From positions 69,356 through 133,355 of the forward strand of contig MFAE01000006.1 in the NCBI GenBank assembly GCA_001774495.1: a stretch of 64,000 bases of DNA. Direction: 5' to 3'. The notes under the pieces are model-generated. The model searched no databases, was not told the origin of the DNA, and saw nothing but the letters and a program-made list of their open reading frames with translations. This DNA is from Candidatus Campbellbacteria bacterium RIFOXYC2_FULL_35_25 (GTDB lineage: Bacteria; Patescibacteriota; Minisyncoccia; Phycocordibacterales; UBA12079). The translations under genes were made by a program, and so were the position numbers. Each line of letters starts with the position of its first letter. Within the stretch, counting starts at the first letter, position 1. Of the stretch, positions 63,671 to 64,000 are shown piece after piece.

Positions 63671-64000
63671 TTACTTTCCCAATAACCATTCTAAAGCCTT
63701 ATCCTTCTCACTAAAAAATTTTATATTTTTCTTACCGGTAGCGGCAATAACAAATGATGCCAGTGTCCGAACGACCACATTTCCACCAAACATTGCTACC
63801 CGTTTTATATTCTCATTCTGTAAAAATCTAACCCAGATTTTTCTGGCTGACGAAGAGAATTTGCTGGATTGTTTCTGAAGACCAATTAAAACATAAGAAG
63901 CTTGACCACTATTAATATAACTTCCCCCTATATCATTCAGAAGAATTGCCTCTTGTTCATCTACTTCAGTAGACAGAATATAGTAGACAATATTCTCTTC
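63671..64000 (-). CDS. STAS-domain-like protein (anti-sigma-factor antagonist-like), partial
   Basis: Hand-translated minus-strand ORF running off the window end: ...ARKIWVRFLQNENIKRVAMFGGNVVVRTLASFVIAATGKKNIKFFSEKDKALEWLLGK*. Confidence 0.35.
   Translation of the reverse strand, partial: EENIVYYILSTEVDEQEAILLNDIGGSYINSGQASYVLIGLQKQSSKFSSSARKIWVRFLQNENIKRVAMFGGNVVVRTLASFVIAATGKKNIKFFSEKDKALEWLLGK

Noticed and set aside
1-64000. rRNA genes, integrases and phage structural genes
   Set aside because: No 16S/23S/5S-like conserved stretches were found. No tyrosine or serine recombinase motifs were found near the tRNA duplications. No capsid, terminase or portal-like ORFs were found.

Overview
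This is a low-GC (roughly 30-35% by eye) bacterial segment with small, streamlined housekeeping genes, many leaderless or near-leaderless starts and abundant hairpin terminators. That is consistent with a Patescibacteria/CPR-like genome using the standard bacterial code: long ORFs up to 4.5 kb have no in-frame TGA, and thyA ends in TGA. All calls below are by eye from the sequence and the ORF track; no database searches were run.

The housekeeping content includes argS, rplK-nusG-secE, rplS, rpsT, ruvA, ruvX, nusA, tig-clpP, rny, ppaC, hup, mscL, mscS, murE-like, a pilMNO cluster, a two-component pair, and 10 tRNAs.

The most striking unexplained signal is a family of about 180-350 bp structured modules at the 3' flank of most tRNA genes. 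Nine copies lie 3' of 8 of the 10 tRNA genes; His and Leu lack them. The typical copy begins with a long perfect palindrome that incorporates the tRNA 3' acceptor strand, carries conserved hairpins with compensatory substitutions, and ends in a direct 10-20 nt duplicate of the tRNA 3' end. This looks like an attL/attR-style mini-integrative element or a novel tRNA-linked ncRNA family. One copy sits beside a free-standing LAGLIDADG homing-endonuclease gene.

Other notable content:
- A mostly minus-strand nucleotide-metabolism cluster between 2.5 and 9.8 kb: HAD phosphatase, Nudix-fold, dut, GC-rich thyA, a DHFR-HIT fusion, a deaminase-domain protein, a nucleotidyltransferase, tmk carrying an in-frame TGA, a T4 gp1-like dNMP kinase, and dCMP deaminase.
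- A split T4-Pnkp-like kinase/phosphatase gene pair.
- A sortase with an LPXTG substrate interrupted by a frameshift.
- Two giant paralogous surface proteins preceded by an exact 116-bp repeated leader.
- An IS200/RAYT-like element with GC-rich hairpins.
- Several GC-rich islets.
- A 25-bp perfect palindrome present at three loci, two of them inside coding sequence.
- Microsatellite-like 7-mer and 8-mer arrays.
- A G-rich iteron cluster.
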